Of a stretch of 64,000 nucleotides of DNA, positions 13,526-26,100 are shown in pieces (position 1 is the first letter of the stretch; the number at the start of each line of letters is the position of its first letter). Made by a program: the position numbers and the translations under genes. Below the pieces are notes generated by a model. It was not told the DNA's origin and ran no database searches. It was given only the letters and a program-made list of their open reading frames with translations. The stretch comes from Lingula anatina (Eukaryota; Animalia; Brachiopoda). The stretch covers positions 18,304,567-18,368,566 of the forward strand of contig CM120649.1 in NCBI GenBank assembly GCA_051362555.1. The letters run 5' to 3'.

Positions 13526-14941
13526 ATGCACAGTACTATGGAGATTTCGTTACAGCGTTTTGGTCGTCGTTTACGATTCAATAAAAAACAAATATGGGTT
13601 TCAGTTGGAGTTATTATAATCCTTTTTCTCTTGGCCAAAGGAGCACAGAAATATTATATTCCAAGGAAACAAACAAGACAGTGCAGCGCAGAGAGCTGTG
13701 AACAGAAATATGTTTATAATTATGTCATGGCAGGTATAACCAATGAAGGAAATGGAACACGGGTTTTAAGAAACGCCATCAGCACCTCTTACTTGAACAG
13801 TTTCCCAAACAGTTTATTAAACGGGAAGTTTGACGATGAACTAAACGTGAAAGCCTCCCTGATGTCGGTGGCGGTAACGGATAACATAAAACGATCGAAA
13901 AGCAGTAAGGGACAAACGGGATATTTGAATGCCGTTATGCGAATTAATCTGAAAAATTACACGTCGACAGGAACGCTCCAAAAAAGTTTCTTACTGAAAG
14001 TGGCAGTCAGTGGCACCTATGACACCGTAGACACCGGACATATACTCGGCATTCCAGCAGTAATGTATGAAAAGTATGGAGGTCCAGAGGATGTGAGAAT
14101 GTTTGTAGTTGGTGGCGACAATGTTATAATATATTCAAGGCATGTTGAAGGAGGCCTCTCCAGAATATATTTATACAATATTGATACATACGAGGGACCG
14201 AAGAGAATACAAGTTAAGAACATGACTCTTCAAAAATGGGAAAAAAACTGGGTGCCAATTACGTTATCGACTTCTCGAATTCAAAGTGAAAGCACTTACA
14301 AAGCCAAAGAGAAGACATTTTATCTAGTTTATTCACTGTGTCCCGTCGTTTTGCTCAAATGCGACTTACTCACTGCCGCATGTGTCGAGCATTTGGCTGA
14401 AGGCGACCCAGGAATTAATGAAAAGACGGAGGCAATTCCTGCTTCAGCCCGCGACTCCCATAATCCAGTCAAACCCCTTCATTCAAAGCAAAGACCGCGA
14501 ACATCCCTTTTGAGGAACAGCACCCCATTTCTGCACTATAAGGACGACCTCCATATTGCTCTTGTTCACCGTCTTTTCCAGAGGGTGTACCACGTGTACT
14601 TGGCGGTCCTAAGCGCCAAACGCCACGTTCTCGTGTACCTCAGTGAACCCGTGCGTTTTCATGCCGACCTCTACTGCCTTGCTCCTGCGCCTAAATATCT
14701 ATTCCCATTTGTTTATCCAACTTCACTGATATTAAAAAACTCGGATACGTTACATATTGGAGCACACGTGAATGACAAAGAAGTCATTATGTTGAGGATG
14801 GAAGGAGTTCAAGCAATTATGGACACTCTCTTGAAGAAAAATCCACATGAGGGACTCTCAGACAATGACGTAGAACTCTACATAAAAACCCACGAATCGG
14901 CAAAAAGAATGAGAAACTGCAACGGTAACTTTACGTGGTAG
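13526..14941 (+). CDS. Beta-1,2-mannosyltransferase (GT91/DUF3589)-like protein, tandem copy 2 (start 13526, or 13538 which corresponds to the copy 1 start)
   Basis: Intact ORF ~93% identical to copy 1 with no indels; flanks also homologous (~7750-9765 vs ~13385-15400). Confidence 0.75.
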   Translation: MHSTMEISLQRFGRRLRFNKKQIWVSVGVIIILFLLAKGAQKYYIPRKQTRQCSAESCEQKYVYNYVMAGITNEGNGTRVLRNAISTSYLNSFPNSLLNGKFDDELNVKASLMSVAVTDNIKRSKSSKGQTGYLNAVMRINLKNYTSTGTLQKSFLLKVAVSGTYDTVDTGHILGIPAVMYEKYGGPEDVRMFVVGGDNVIIYSRHVEGGLSRIYLYNIDTYEGPKRIQVKNMTLQKWEKNWVPITLSTSRIQSESTYKAKEKTFYLVYSLCPVVLLKCDLLTAACVEHLAEGDPGINEKTEAIPASARDSHNPVKPLHSKQRPRTSLLRNSTPFLHYKDDLHIALVHRLFQRVYHVYLAVLSAKRHVLVYLSEPVRFHADLYCLAPAPKYLFPFVYPTSLILKNSDTLHIGAHVNDKEVIMLRMEGVQAIMDTLLKKNPHEGLSDNDVELYIKTHESAKRMRNCNGNFTW

Positions 14942-15984
14942 TTCACAGTAGACCATTGACGCATTCTGGAGAGAGTGGGGGGGGGGGGGGGGGGGGGGCA
15001 AGAAGGGTTAAAAAAAATTATTTCCACATTTTAGTAACCGAGTGGTACAGGTCCGGGTGTTCAGGTCACATCAAAGGCCGTTTTTGTTGTTCAAATGACA
15101 TGGTGTCGCTATTGTGAAGGAGCAACGGTTCGATTCAAATCTTGTACTTCTCGGGTGGTTCCAGAGGGATTTTATGACAGTCTTCCAAATTATCTTTGTT
15201 GTTCCATCGTCCATTTTTGACCATCCTCCGACAGACATCTAATTTTTTTCTGTCGGAATATTTATTCTGCCCCTATAATAACTTGAATCTGAAAGAGGCG
15301 TTGCAAGAGTTGATAGAGTTTGAATTGGCTTCGTGACAGAAACCTGAGCAGTACCGCGTAGTTGTTTTGTCGCCTAAATGTGGCTCTTTCTTCATTTTTG
15401 TGGGTTAATTCCTAATGAAACTATCGTTAATTCCGCTGGGACTCTCGCTGAACGCAATCAGTTTAACAGGTTAATTAACACTAACAAGCCACATATAGAA
15501 GATGAAACAGCTACTGTAGGGCCTACATGAACGTACTAGTTTGTAGAATGAGTAGGCTAACGTTGTGCTACCTTTTGGGATTCTTTAATTTTCTTTCTTG
15601 TATAGGCCTATGCATTTATGCACTCTTGCTTAAATATTTCGGAAATTGGACATATTTTCAATTTAAACTGTAATAATTATCAGAAAACCTTAACTGTAGC
15701 CTACCATTGGCCAATTAACACTTTTCATAAAAATATAATTAATGAACTCATTTATCATTATTGTTATTTATTATTAATTAACTTAATTATAAGCTATAGC
15801 TACATTCTCATCAATATAAGGCCTTCATTGATAAATCAACTAATTAATCGATTGACTAATTAATTAGTTAATTAACACACTACTAAATTAATTAACCACT
15901 CATATACATATAGCCCGTTTCCGATTTATCCGGAAATTTTACGAAATTCCTCAAAGACATTTTGCATAATGTTACTACTAGTAG

Positions 15985-16254
15985 CAGTGGCGGATTAAGG
16001 TCAGGGGGGTCCTGCCCCCCCCCCCCCCCTTCGATTCCTGAAAAAAAACACACCTCTTGAAATTAAATTACTGTAGAATTTTGACTCGCTTCAAATCATA
16101 GTTCTAAACCGTACCAAAAGGCATCGTCCGCCCTCTAAAATATTGGGGACCCTTCAACGGGCCCCATACCCCACGACGGGCGGGGGTGGGGGAGGGGAGG
16201 CTGTCATTCCCAAAATCCGCCCCCCTCCTTCAAATAATCCTTGTTCCGCCCCTG
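15985..16254. mobile_element. MITE (CAGTGGCGGA...TCCGCCCCTG)
   Basis: Terminal inverted repeats and C/G homopolymer tracts; same end type as 11273-11536. Confidence 0.65.
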
Positions 16255-16446
16255 CAGTAAATCTAACGATCCGACATGCAAACACATAATTACACAACTA
16301 ATAATTAGCCATTAATAATTAATTAATGGGTCATCACCAAAATTTTCTCACTTTTCATTTACATGTACATGTAAATTATGCGTTTGCACTCCCACCCATT
16401 AACGATTCTGACGTAGACCGACCTATAATGGCCGAACAGGCAGTAC

Positions 16447-19169
16447 CCCAGATAGCAAGCATACGTTGGGCCAACGTTGGCCCAACGTTGCCTTGGTTGA
16501 CCGTGCAACGTTGGCCCAACGTTGGGTTTCCATCTAAGTGCTCACTTTGGCCAACGGTTGGCTGAACGTCTTTTTAATGCCAACGCATTGCCAACGTATT
16601 CCCAACCAAACTGCGTTGGCCCTACATTGGGCCAACTAATAACCAACATTGGTTCAACAATTACCCAACCTGTAACCAACAGTGTATTGACGTTGGTTCT
16701 ACTAATAACCAACGTCAGTCCAACGATTTCCCAACCAAACTGCGTTGGCCCTACATTGGGCCAACTAATAACCAACATTGGTCCAACAATTTCCCAACCT
16801 GTAACCAACAGTGCATTTACGTTGGTTCTACTAAAAACCAACATCAGTCCAACAATAACCCAACAAATAATACAAAAAGACAACAAAGAAAATTTTTATA
16901 AAATGTTATAATATTGTATTTAAACATTAATAAGTGTGTCTTATATCAATTGTTACATGATTCACATCAAGAAAAAATATCAACAGTCCTATGACTTTTC
17001 ACTTATTCCTGGAGTCAAGGCATTTTTCTACTAGTAAAGTCTTTTTGTGCCTCATTTCAATTTTTAAAAATATTTTCATTAAATTGAATTTTAAACCAGA
17101 AACCCTTGTTAATGTCAGGTAAGATGCTTTTCATAAGTTACATGTCAAGTCTATAAAATCACAGTCTCTTCCTTCAGGCAAAATCTCAGACATTGTCTCT
17201 TTAAAAATCAAGTCAGTGGTCATATGAGTTCAATCTTTGTGTTTTTTCTCTCTTTCCTGTTCTGCACCTGTGTGATCTTTGGCAAAGCACAATTAGTTGG
17301 ATGTATCCTCAATATATTTGTCTAACCAGTCACAGAAGAGTGTGCTGCACCTACAAATTTAAATATTAAAAACACTTGAAATATAATGCTAGAATTGGTA
17401 TGGTACATAACATGACTGTACCTCTTCCCCCATCACTGTATTCATATACAAACTAGTGCTAATAGGTGTGTATTATATGATAATGTCCCTACCTTTTCTA
17501 AGTTAGGCAACAGCCAATATCTTAACTATAAATGTGTGTGTCTTGTGTGCAGTAATTTATAGTGATTTATTTAAATTAGTTCTTACGTGTACACTTGGCA
17601 ATGAATTCAGTTTTTAGACAACTGTAATGTACCACTAAATTCCACATCATTTAATCATTCCAACAACTCTATCACATAATTTACAGGCCAGGATTCATAC
17701 AGACACATAAGAACAATTGGCTTCCAAGGACTTTTAAGGCTCTAATTCAAATCATTTTCAATGATTTTTAACTGATGAGGGCAAGTTATACATGAATACA
17801 GTCATTTTAAAGTGTACATACCAAAGGAAAAAGGACTCATTTCATTTAAACTTTGTCTTTGTAACAAATTGATGATGAAAAGTTGAAAATAAAAGTACAA
17901 GTAATGATGTATTAAAACGTAAGGTATACCCCCATCTGTGAATCATTGTCTGTATTCATGTCAATAAACTACAAAGTTTTAAATAATATTTTTACAAAGA
18001 CAAAATGCTGAAATGCAAACCTTTTTCAAGCCTAATAGCATTTTCAAGTACTTTTCAAAGTTACATTTAAACTAGTCCAAAGTGCTGGACTAAATTTGAA
18101 CATTTTTCAAGGCTGTATGGATCCTGGTGCATCAGTAAATAATGGGAAAATACACAATTAAAAAGTCACTTACCAGTACATGCTCACTTCTTATCCTGTC
18201 TCTTTATCTCTTCATTTCCAATTTCCAAAAAGATGTCTTCTTTTTATATCCAGAAATCAATGCTTTCAGTCGTAATTCTTGCCTCTTCCTTAGAACATTT
18301 CTGACCTTCTGGCTTAGATTTTTGAATTGGCTCAACTGACCGCGCGCTTAAGACTGTGCTATGTATAGTTATTTGACCTGTTTGAGCAGGCAGTAGGCAA
18401 ACTGTTTATATCAAACTGACAGTTAAGATAAACACCTGGCTTGTAATGAATCTGGTCCAGTGAAAGTTACCGGTTTACTTTAATCAAAAGTCAATTGATG
18501 CTAACTATAAAGTTTAAAATTTATATATTGTACAATTGTACATTATAATAAGATTTCAATCATTTGTCTGATTTCAATAACAATAATAATAATAGCAATA
18601 ATAAAAAATATGTTTCACAGCATTATTTAAAAATATAAATCTGTTCACTCAGTTATTTTTTTATAGGTGAAGTCTATGTACTACATATGAGAGTATATAG
18701 CTTGGAAGACAAATAAAAGCAGAAAACTGTTTTTTAACCCAAGGAATTTGACAAACTCTTCATAAAAAAAAAAAAAATTTAATCCTAAAAACTATATGTT
18801 ACTGATCAATAGATAAGCACATGTGATTCTCAGTTGTGAACAGAAACATTTTTATTATAACAGAAACATTATTCATTTCTATTGAGTTGTTAAAACAACT
18901 CAATAGAAATGAATAATGTTTCTGTTATAATTAAAATATTTCTGTATTAATTAAAATTGGATACGTTGGCCCAACGTTAGGCCAACGTATGCAATAAATA
19001 TACACACGTTGGCCCAACGTTGGGCCAACGTGAGCATATTGCAGTTATGTTGTGCATATTATGATGTGGTTGGGCCAACGTTGGGCCAACGTATTACTAC
19101 CAACACCAACTATGTGCCAACAAACCAACGATTCCCCTACGTTGGCCCAACGTATGCTTGCTATCTGGG
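16447..19169. mobile_element. Non-autonomous DNA transposon, animal CACTA/EnSpm-like (CCCAG termini, 2-bp TSD AC)
   Basis: ~31-bp TIR CCCAGATAGCAAGCATACGTTGGGCCAACGT / ACGTTGGCCCAACGTATGCTTGCTATCTGGG, AC on both flanks, and dense subterminal CCAACGTTGG palindromes; no transposase ORF. Confidence 0.88.
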
Positions 19170-19620
19170 ACGTGACAGTGTATCGATGTCAAGGTATTTT
19201 CCATCTTACGCGAGTAAACATCACATGCGGAAATCGACCTCGAACATGATAACAAAGTAGTCAGGGCATTCCTCGGCTGGCTGTACATCGATGTAGGTGA
19301 GTTAATAAGTATTCTTCTTTTTTCTGCGAGGATGGCAGAAGTTAAATATAAGGATGGGTACATTTGAGGCGCTGCATGAACTTGACTGTTTGGTAGTTTC
19401 ACGCCATTCGATCGCATAAATCATGATTAATTAAAACTTTTTACATGGAAACGAAACTAAACAAATTGCAGTACGTACATGTAGTCATGTGACGCAGGGC
19501 AGATTTTGTAGTGTAGTGTCGCTCGGTTTTGACGCGATGTATATACTAGTAGCACCTACCGGAAAGCGAGGGTTCTTCTGCTTTCTTTGTGGAAGCGCTT
19601 ATATTGAAGTTATAAATTAT
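19170..19620 (+). promoter_or_regulatory. Probable promoter / non-coding first exon of the FYVE gene
   Basis: Locally CpG-rich; strong donor TAG|GTGAGT at 19296/19297; acceptor TTTCAG two bases before ATG 20200 implies an upstream UTR exon. Confidence 0.4.
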
Positions 19621-19784
19621 TAATTGGTCGTCTCAGTTTTAGGCCTTACTATTTGTAGTTCATTAGTAATTATACTAGTACCATAGCATTATGCAGGGGT
19701 ACTTGTAAGTACCTAGCACGTAAGGCCAAAAACAGAGGCATGGATCAGGGCATCCCCACCTCTCCCTTCATGCACACAAATGTA

Positions 19785-19849
19785 CACACACACACACACA
19801 CACTGTCACACACACACACACACACACATTAACACACACACACACACTG

Positions 19850-19881
<32 letters not shown>
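19785..19881. repeat. (CA)n microsatellite; other simple repeats: (ACTTTC)n ~21060-21220, (AAT/GAT)n 21330-21690, (TG)/(AG)n 22710-22925, (TA)n 29732-29781 and 40320-40388
   Basis: Directly visible. Confidence 0.95.
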
Positions 19882-19882
<1 letters not shown>

Positions 19883-20199
19883 AGTCTTACCAGATTGTTG
19901 AGGGTATGACTATAATGCACATTACATCCAAACACAGCGTTATACATGTACCGTATATATATGGCCAGTTACCTCCAAAATAGTGTTACATGCATGTACT
20001 GGTATAGGCCCTATTACTATATAAAAGCAAAATATATTTCTTGGTAATTAACATCATCGGTACAACTTAACAAATCAGCATGACTTGTTTATCGTTGAGT
20101 CAGCCACCGTATTGGCGAGTGGCTCTTCTTGGCCAGTATTATTGCCAAGTGATGGTACTATAGGTATCCAGTATGTGTGATTTTTGGGCTGTTTCAGAT

Positions 20200-23100
20200 A
20201 TGGCAGTGGCTGGCAGTGGGATACCTGCAGATCTCACCCAGGGCGAGGACTCCGTAGAGAGCTACATTAAAAAGCTGGTGTTGCAGCAAAAGACTGGAGA
20301 AGTCACAGAACAGTATGGTAAGTGTACTGGTAATGAGACCAGGATGGAAGGGTGGGTAGAGATAGAAGTAACAACAAAAGACTGGAGAAGTCACAGAACA
20401 GTATGGTAGGTGTACTGGTAATGGACTAGGCCAGGGTGGGTAGTGGGTGGATGGGGTATAACTAAAAGTCATAGCAAAACACTGGAGAAGTGGCAGCGCA
20501 TGATACTGGTAAAGGGACTAGGTCAGGGTGGGGGTGTGAGGGGGAGGGGAGGGGGGTTAGAAGTCACGGCAAAATACTGGGGAAGACACAGAGGACAGTA
20601 TGGGAGGTAAAATGAACAGAAGGAGGAGGAAAAGTCATGTTGCCATGGTAGTAAGAACTGTAATGCATGCATCTCTTAAAAGCAAACAAAGTTAAGTATC
20701 AGTGTTATACTGGCACTGTAATGTTCTAGTTTGTTCCTAGCCACCATTGTCAAAGAATAACATGTTGATATAATACCCCCATTATGGAACCCATGCAATA
20801 TTGTCTTTAAGAATTAAATAAAAAACATTATAATATTGGTAAATGTGACTGTCTTTATTTCTAGCAATCACAAAGCATCACTGGAAACCGAGTGACTCCA
20901 GGAAGGTCTGTGCCACGGAGGGCTGTGGAAACAGGTTCAGTTTGATCAGCAGAAAACACCATTGTAGAAGGTAAAAATTCCAAGATCTCTATGATCAGTT
21001 TGGTATATGGAACTTACTGGATCTTTTCAATGGGGGAAAATTTGCACTTGGATGATCCTTCACTTTGTCATTAAACTTTCTTTCAATTTACGCTTTTGAC
21101 AGACTTTCATGTCCACAGGCTTCCACTTTCACTTTCACAGACTTTCACCTTCACGGACTTTCACTTTCACTTTCACAGACTTTCACTTTCACTTTCATAG
21201 ACTTTCACTTTCACTTTTCCTCATCCTTGCAGGTGTGGGGAGGTGTTCTGTGAGAGCTGTACGCGGTATCAGATGAGACTGAACACACTGGCCAGCCCAG
21301 ACCCTCAGGGAAGACTACAGAAAGTAAATAATTATAATTATAATAATAATAATAATAATAATAATGATAATATAATAATAATAATAATGGTGATATAATA
21401 AGTATAATAATAATCAGTGTTCGAAATTAATCCTGGACTGCCTGCCTGGGGCAGACAACTTTCAGAACAGCCCAAGAAGTTTTCCCACCTGTCAAACATT
21501 CAGTCCAGCTACTTTTTAAGATGGCTGGACCTTCAGTCCAGCAACTAATTTATCTAAGTGGCAAACACTGATAATGATGATAATAATAATAAAAGTGATA
21601 ATAATGATAATGATGAGAATAATGTTAATTATATTTATAATTATTATGATAATGATGATGATGAGGCTGATGATAATGATGATGATAAGGATTTATTTAA
21701 AAGTGCACTCCACAATGCCATCATTATTCATCAAAGACATAGTGAAGCATATATTTTAACTATAAAATGAAGATTTTATAATATATGTGATATTGGACTT
21801 ATGAAATGAAAGGACTGACAATGCAGGACAACACAAGAGGCTAATTATTTAATTCATTCGTATCATAACACCCATATTCTTCTCCAGGTATGTCAGTCAT
21901 GCCTTGGCCCCTAGACCCTCGGGCTCCACTGTCACATCCAACACACTGTCACACTTAACACACTGTCACATCCAACACACTGTCACATCCAACACACTGT
22001 CACATCCAACACACTGTCACATCCAACACACTGTCATATCCAACACACTGTCATATCTAACACACTGTCACATCCAACACACTGTCATATCCAACACACT
22101 GTCACATCTAACACACTGTCACATCCAACACACTGTCATATCCAACACACTGTCATATCTAACACACTGTCACATCCAACACACTGTCATATCCAACACA
22201 CTGTCATATCTAACACACTGTCACACCTTACACACTGTCACACCTAACACACTGTCACACATATTCTTCTCCAGGTATGTCAGTCCTGCCTTGGCCCCCA
22301 GACCCTCGGTGCAACAAGATCTTTGTTCAGGGAGTTCCGACACAGACGAGGCTGTATTCGACAGGACAGGGTGCATAAGGTGACGGCCTCCAAGCCCAAG
22401 CTGCAGTCTCTCAGGGACAAGTGAGTTGGGGGAATGGAGGGGGGGGGGGGGGGGTTAAGGCACTATTATTAAAAGTATTATGGTAATTATTATTATTATG
22501 AGTACTTTTTTCCTTTTAAAGATACCCCATTATGCACATACTGTATTTATATACAAGTTTTAGGCTGTATGATACCTAGTTATTAGACTACAGACACACA
22601 CACAAGATTGATACACTGTCTGAGAGTCACTGAGTGTAATAAGTCGTGTGTGTATGTACATAAAAGAGACAGAGAGACAGAATGATAAGGAGAGAGAGAA
22701 AAAGAATATTAGTTTGAGTGTGTGTGTGTGTCTGTGTTTGAGTGTGTGTGTGTCTGTGTTTGAGTGTGTGTGCATGTGTGTGAAAGAGTGCAATAAGTTG
22801 TGTGTGTGTGTGTATGTGTGTTTACCTAAAAGACACAGAGACAGCATGATAGGGAGAGAGAAAAAGTGAATGTTAGTTTGCGTGTTTGTCTGTGTGTGTG
22901 TGAGCGAGAGAGAGAGAGAGAGAGACAGTTATATAGTGAGTGTCTATATTAATGGGGAGAGAATTTCCTCATTCCTTACTTTCTATTGTTCATTCAGCAT
23001 AGATATAGATATGGAGGTGAGACGGCTTAAGGAGGGATTCAAAGAGAGCGTGGGGAACTCAGAGGTGAAGAGGACCTTCCTTGAAATACGTAAAATGGTG

Positions 23101-26100
23101 GGCACTCCAGACTGGCAGAGAGCCACCTACTGGGAGGTGAGCGTCGACAGATGCAAACGCTTTTTTTTTTTCAATAGACACGAAGATCTATGTTGATGGA
23201 CCCAAGTCTGCAGGGACTCTTGTTGTGTACAATCAGCTTTACTGAACCATACGCCTCCTTCTGTTTCCAAATCCAATAATCACCAGCTTTTTTGTATTCT
23301 ACTTTACGCGAGGAAGAGGCGTGTTAATATGTTAAGCTGATTGCTTTCAGCGAGAATCCCATCAGAGTTGGGTGGATCCACATACGCCTATGTGTCTGTT
23401 GGTAAGATATACCATGCTACACTACACTACACTGCAGACAGTACTAACAGACATGGAAAAACTGCCCATCCATTGGGTCATGACTGCTTTAAAAGCCAGA
23501 CTACTACACCTGCAAAATTTTGATATAGCCGGTCCTCTGGACTGGCAGGGTTATTTGAAAATGCAATATATCTAATAATCTACCGTAAATGCAAGCTTTT
23601 ACTTCTGATGGAAGGTGGCACTAGCGCCATCTACAGTTAGTGTCTCATACTGACAGAGGTGTTCCATGGGCATTGAATCTCAAGTTAGGAAAAATTTGAT
23701 TGTAAAATGAAAATTCAGGATCCTGCAAAAAAAGATAAATTTTCTTTTTCATACTTCCAGTATACCAGTTTATCCACAATGTGTTGTTACTGTAACAAGG
23801 AGTTTGGACTGCTACAGAACCGTCGCCACCCCTGCACCGTCTGTGGCTTCATGGCGTGTGGCGACTGCTGTAGTAAGGACCTGATCGTCTACATACCCAA
23901 TGAGGAGAAAGGATCCAAAGACCCAGAGCCTAGAATTGCTGTGATAAAAATTGTTGGGGTAAGATCTCTCAGGAAGTTATTGGTATTATAATATTGGATA
24001 GTACTGTAGTTTTGAAACATTGTGTATCAGATGAGTGAATGTTGTTATTCATCCAGTAGAATAAGAATGGTTAGATTTAATCATGTTTATCATTGTGTAT
24101 ATAGAATATCATGATTTTCTTGCACTGAGAGCAGTGTGTTTTGAACTTTTTGGTAGGTATTCTCTGGGAAGATTCCATGTTTATTTTATAATTTTTAGTA
24201 GCATATTTTTTAACCTTTACATTCAGTCTCATTTATAAAAATGAATACTGTTTTCTGAAGTGTTTTGGACATGATAGTTCCTATATTATATAATACCAGT
24301 ATTTCCAGCAAAAAAAAATTAAATGGTTGAAACTATAAATGGTAGCAAGATCACTGACACCTCAACTTTCAAAAAAGTGGACAATGTGTAAATGATCTCT
24401 TTCATATTTCCTACACCTTTTTGTTTTCATGATAAGTGTCCTGAGCGTGAACCTGACATGTGTGTGTATCTGCGCATCTGCTCACAGTGCCACCTATATT
24501 TGGAGGAGAAACAAGTGCAGAAGATGCAGCAGACGCTGACGGACCAACTTCAGAAAACTGACCTGTTCTGGACAAAAATTGTGGAGGCAGCTAAGAAACT
24601 TTCCAGAATAAGAGCAAAGATCAATGCTCATTTACCTAAGGTGAATGGATATCTTATGTATATTCTGCCATTACTCTTTAATGATTTTCCATTATCATAT
24701 GTGGTTTATGGCAAAAAAAATATTGAGCACAGGAATGTTTAAACTTTTTCTTTCTGACTACTAGAAAAATGTCATTTATGAAATTGTGGAGACAGTTAAG
24801 AAACCTTTGAGAGTCCAAGGGAAGATTATTAATGTATTCTCTATCATCACTCTTTAAAGATTTCTTCTGGTTTGAGACACATATACAGTAATTATTCAAT
24901 CTTTTCAACTCAGGGAAAAAATTGAAAATTTCATTCACTCTGTATTTTTAAGTGATAATTTCTTAAAATTAGAAATTTCTGTTGAGTGGAAGCAGCGGAA
25001 TTATAAAACAAGCTACTGTGCAGTTCCATTCTATGCAGAAAAAGCACCACAAATGCTACACAAAAGTATAATTTTGTGATTGTAAAATTATACATGTAGA
25101 TGTATTTGTCATTCATATAAGAAAGTATTTGAAAATTAAGTTTGAATCAAATCAACCTTCCAGTATCAGGAGCACATCAACACAATGGGGATCGACAGTG
25201 GGGCGCCAAGAGCAAGTCTACAGGGAGAAAACGGTATACAGGTCCTTGCCAGAGCACAGGTGAGTTTTATGTCTCACATACAAACAGAACAGTATTCGTC
25301 ATACACATTACTATTCAGAAGTAGTAAAGTCCATATAATGAGTGTCAGTATTATGGAGACATTAATAAATATTATTATAATATTATGTGGGGCCAACTGG
25401 AAGACTGAGTCCATTTAATTTGTCAGAACTGGAAATGCCTATGATCTAATAATTATATCAGTATAATGGAGATATTACTGGTGTTGAAATGTATGTTAGT
25501 GACACATGTCAGTGTGACATGTCATATCTGTTTGTGACATTTTTTGTCTAAGTGTATGATAATGTCATCTTTCAGTGTGACATGTCAGACCTGTTTGTGA
25601 CATTTGTTCTGGCAGTAGAGAGCATCAGAGGAATCCAACCCTCCACAACACAACAAACCACTGTTCTGAGGAATCTAGTCAGGGTAAGACTGTGTTCTTA
25701 AATGTGTGTATGTCTTCATGTGTGTGTGTGTGTGTGTGTTTGTGCGCGGGTGTGCTTGCGGTGACCATGTGTGCATGTCAGTGTGAGTATGCATGCATTT
25801 AACAGGCTTATCTACCGAAAGTGGTCTTGTGTATAAATGTGCCATAAACTTTATATAAACATAAATATAATCTTTTTTCTTGGCTTTCAATTTCTTTGCT
25901 TTAAAATAAATGTACAGGTGTTCTAAATACATCACTTGAAATGCATTTTGTTGTTAATGTATTTTTTCTCCTCCATTCAGGGTAATTATAATTTTTACCA
26001 AGAGACTGTGTTCCTGTTCCGTGAGTTGAGAAAGACCTTGGAGGACACCACGCTCACCTCAGCAGACATCTTAGAAACCATTCAGAAATTTGTGGATAGA

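Noticed and set aside
16326-16911. ORFs with repeated WPNVGPT/NIGPT peptides (also 19009-19260)
   Set aside because: Translations of the transposon's subterminal palindromic repeats.
21904-22383. 159-aa His/Thr-rich ORF
   Set aside because: Read-through of an 18-bp minisatellite; the real exon uses another frame.
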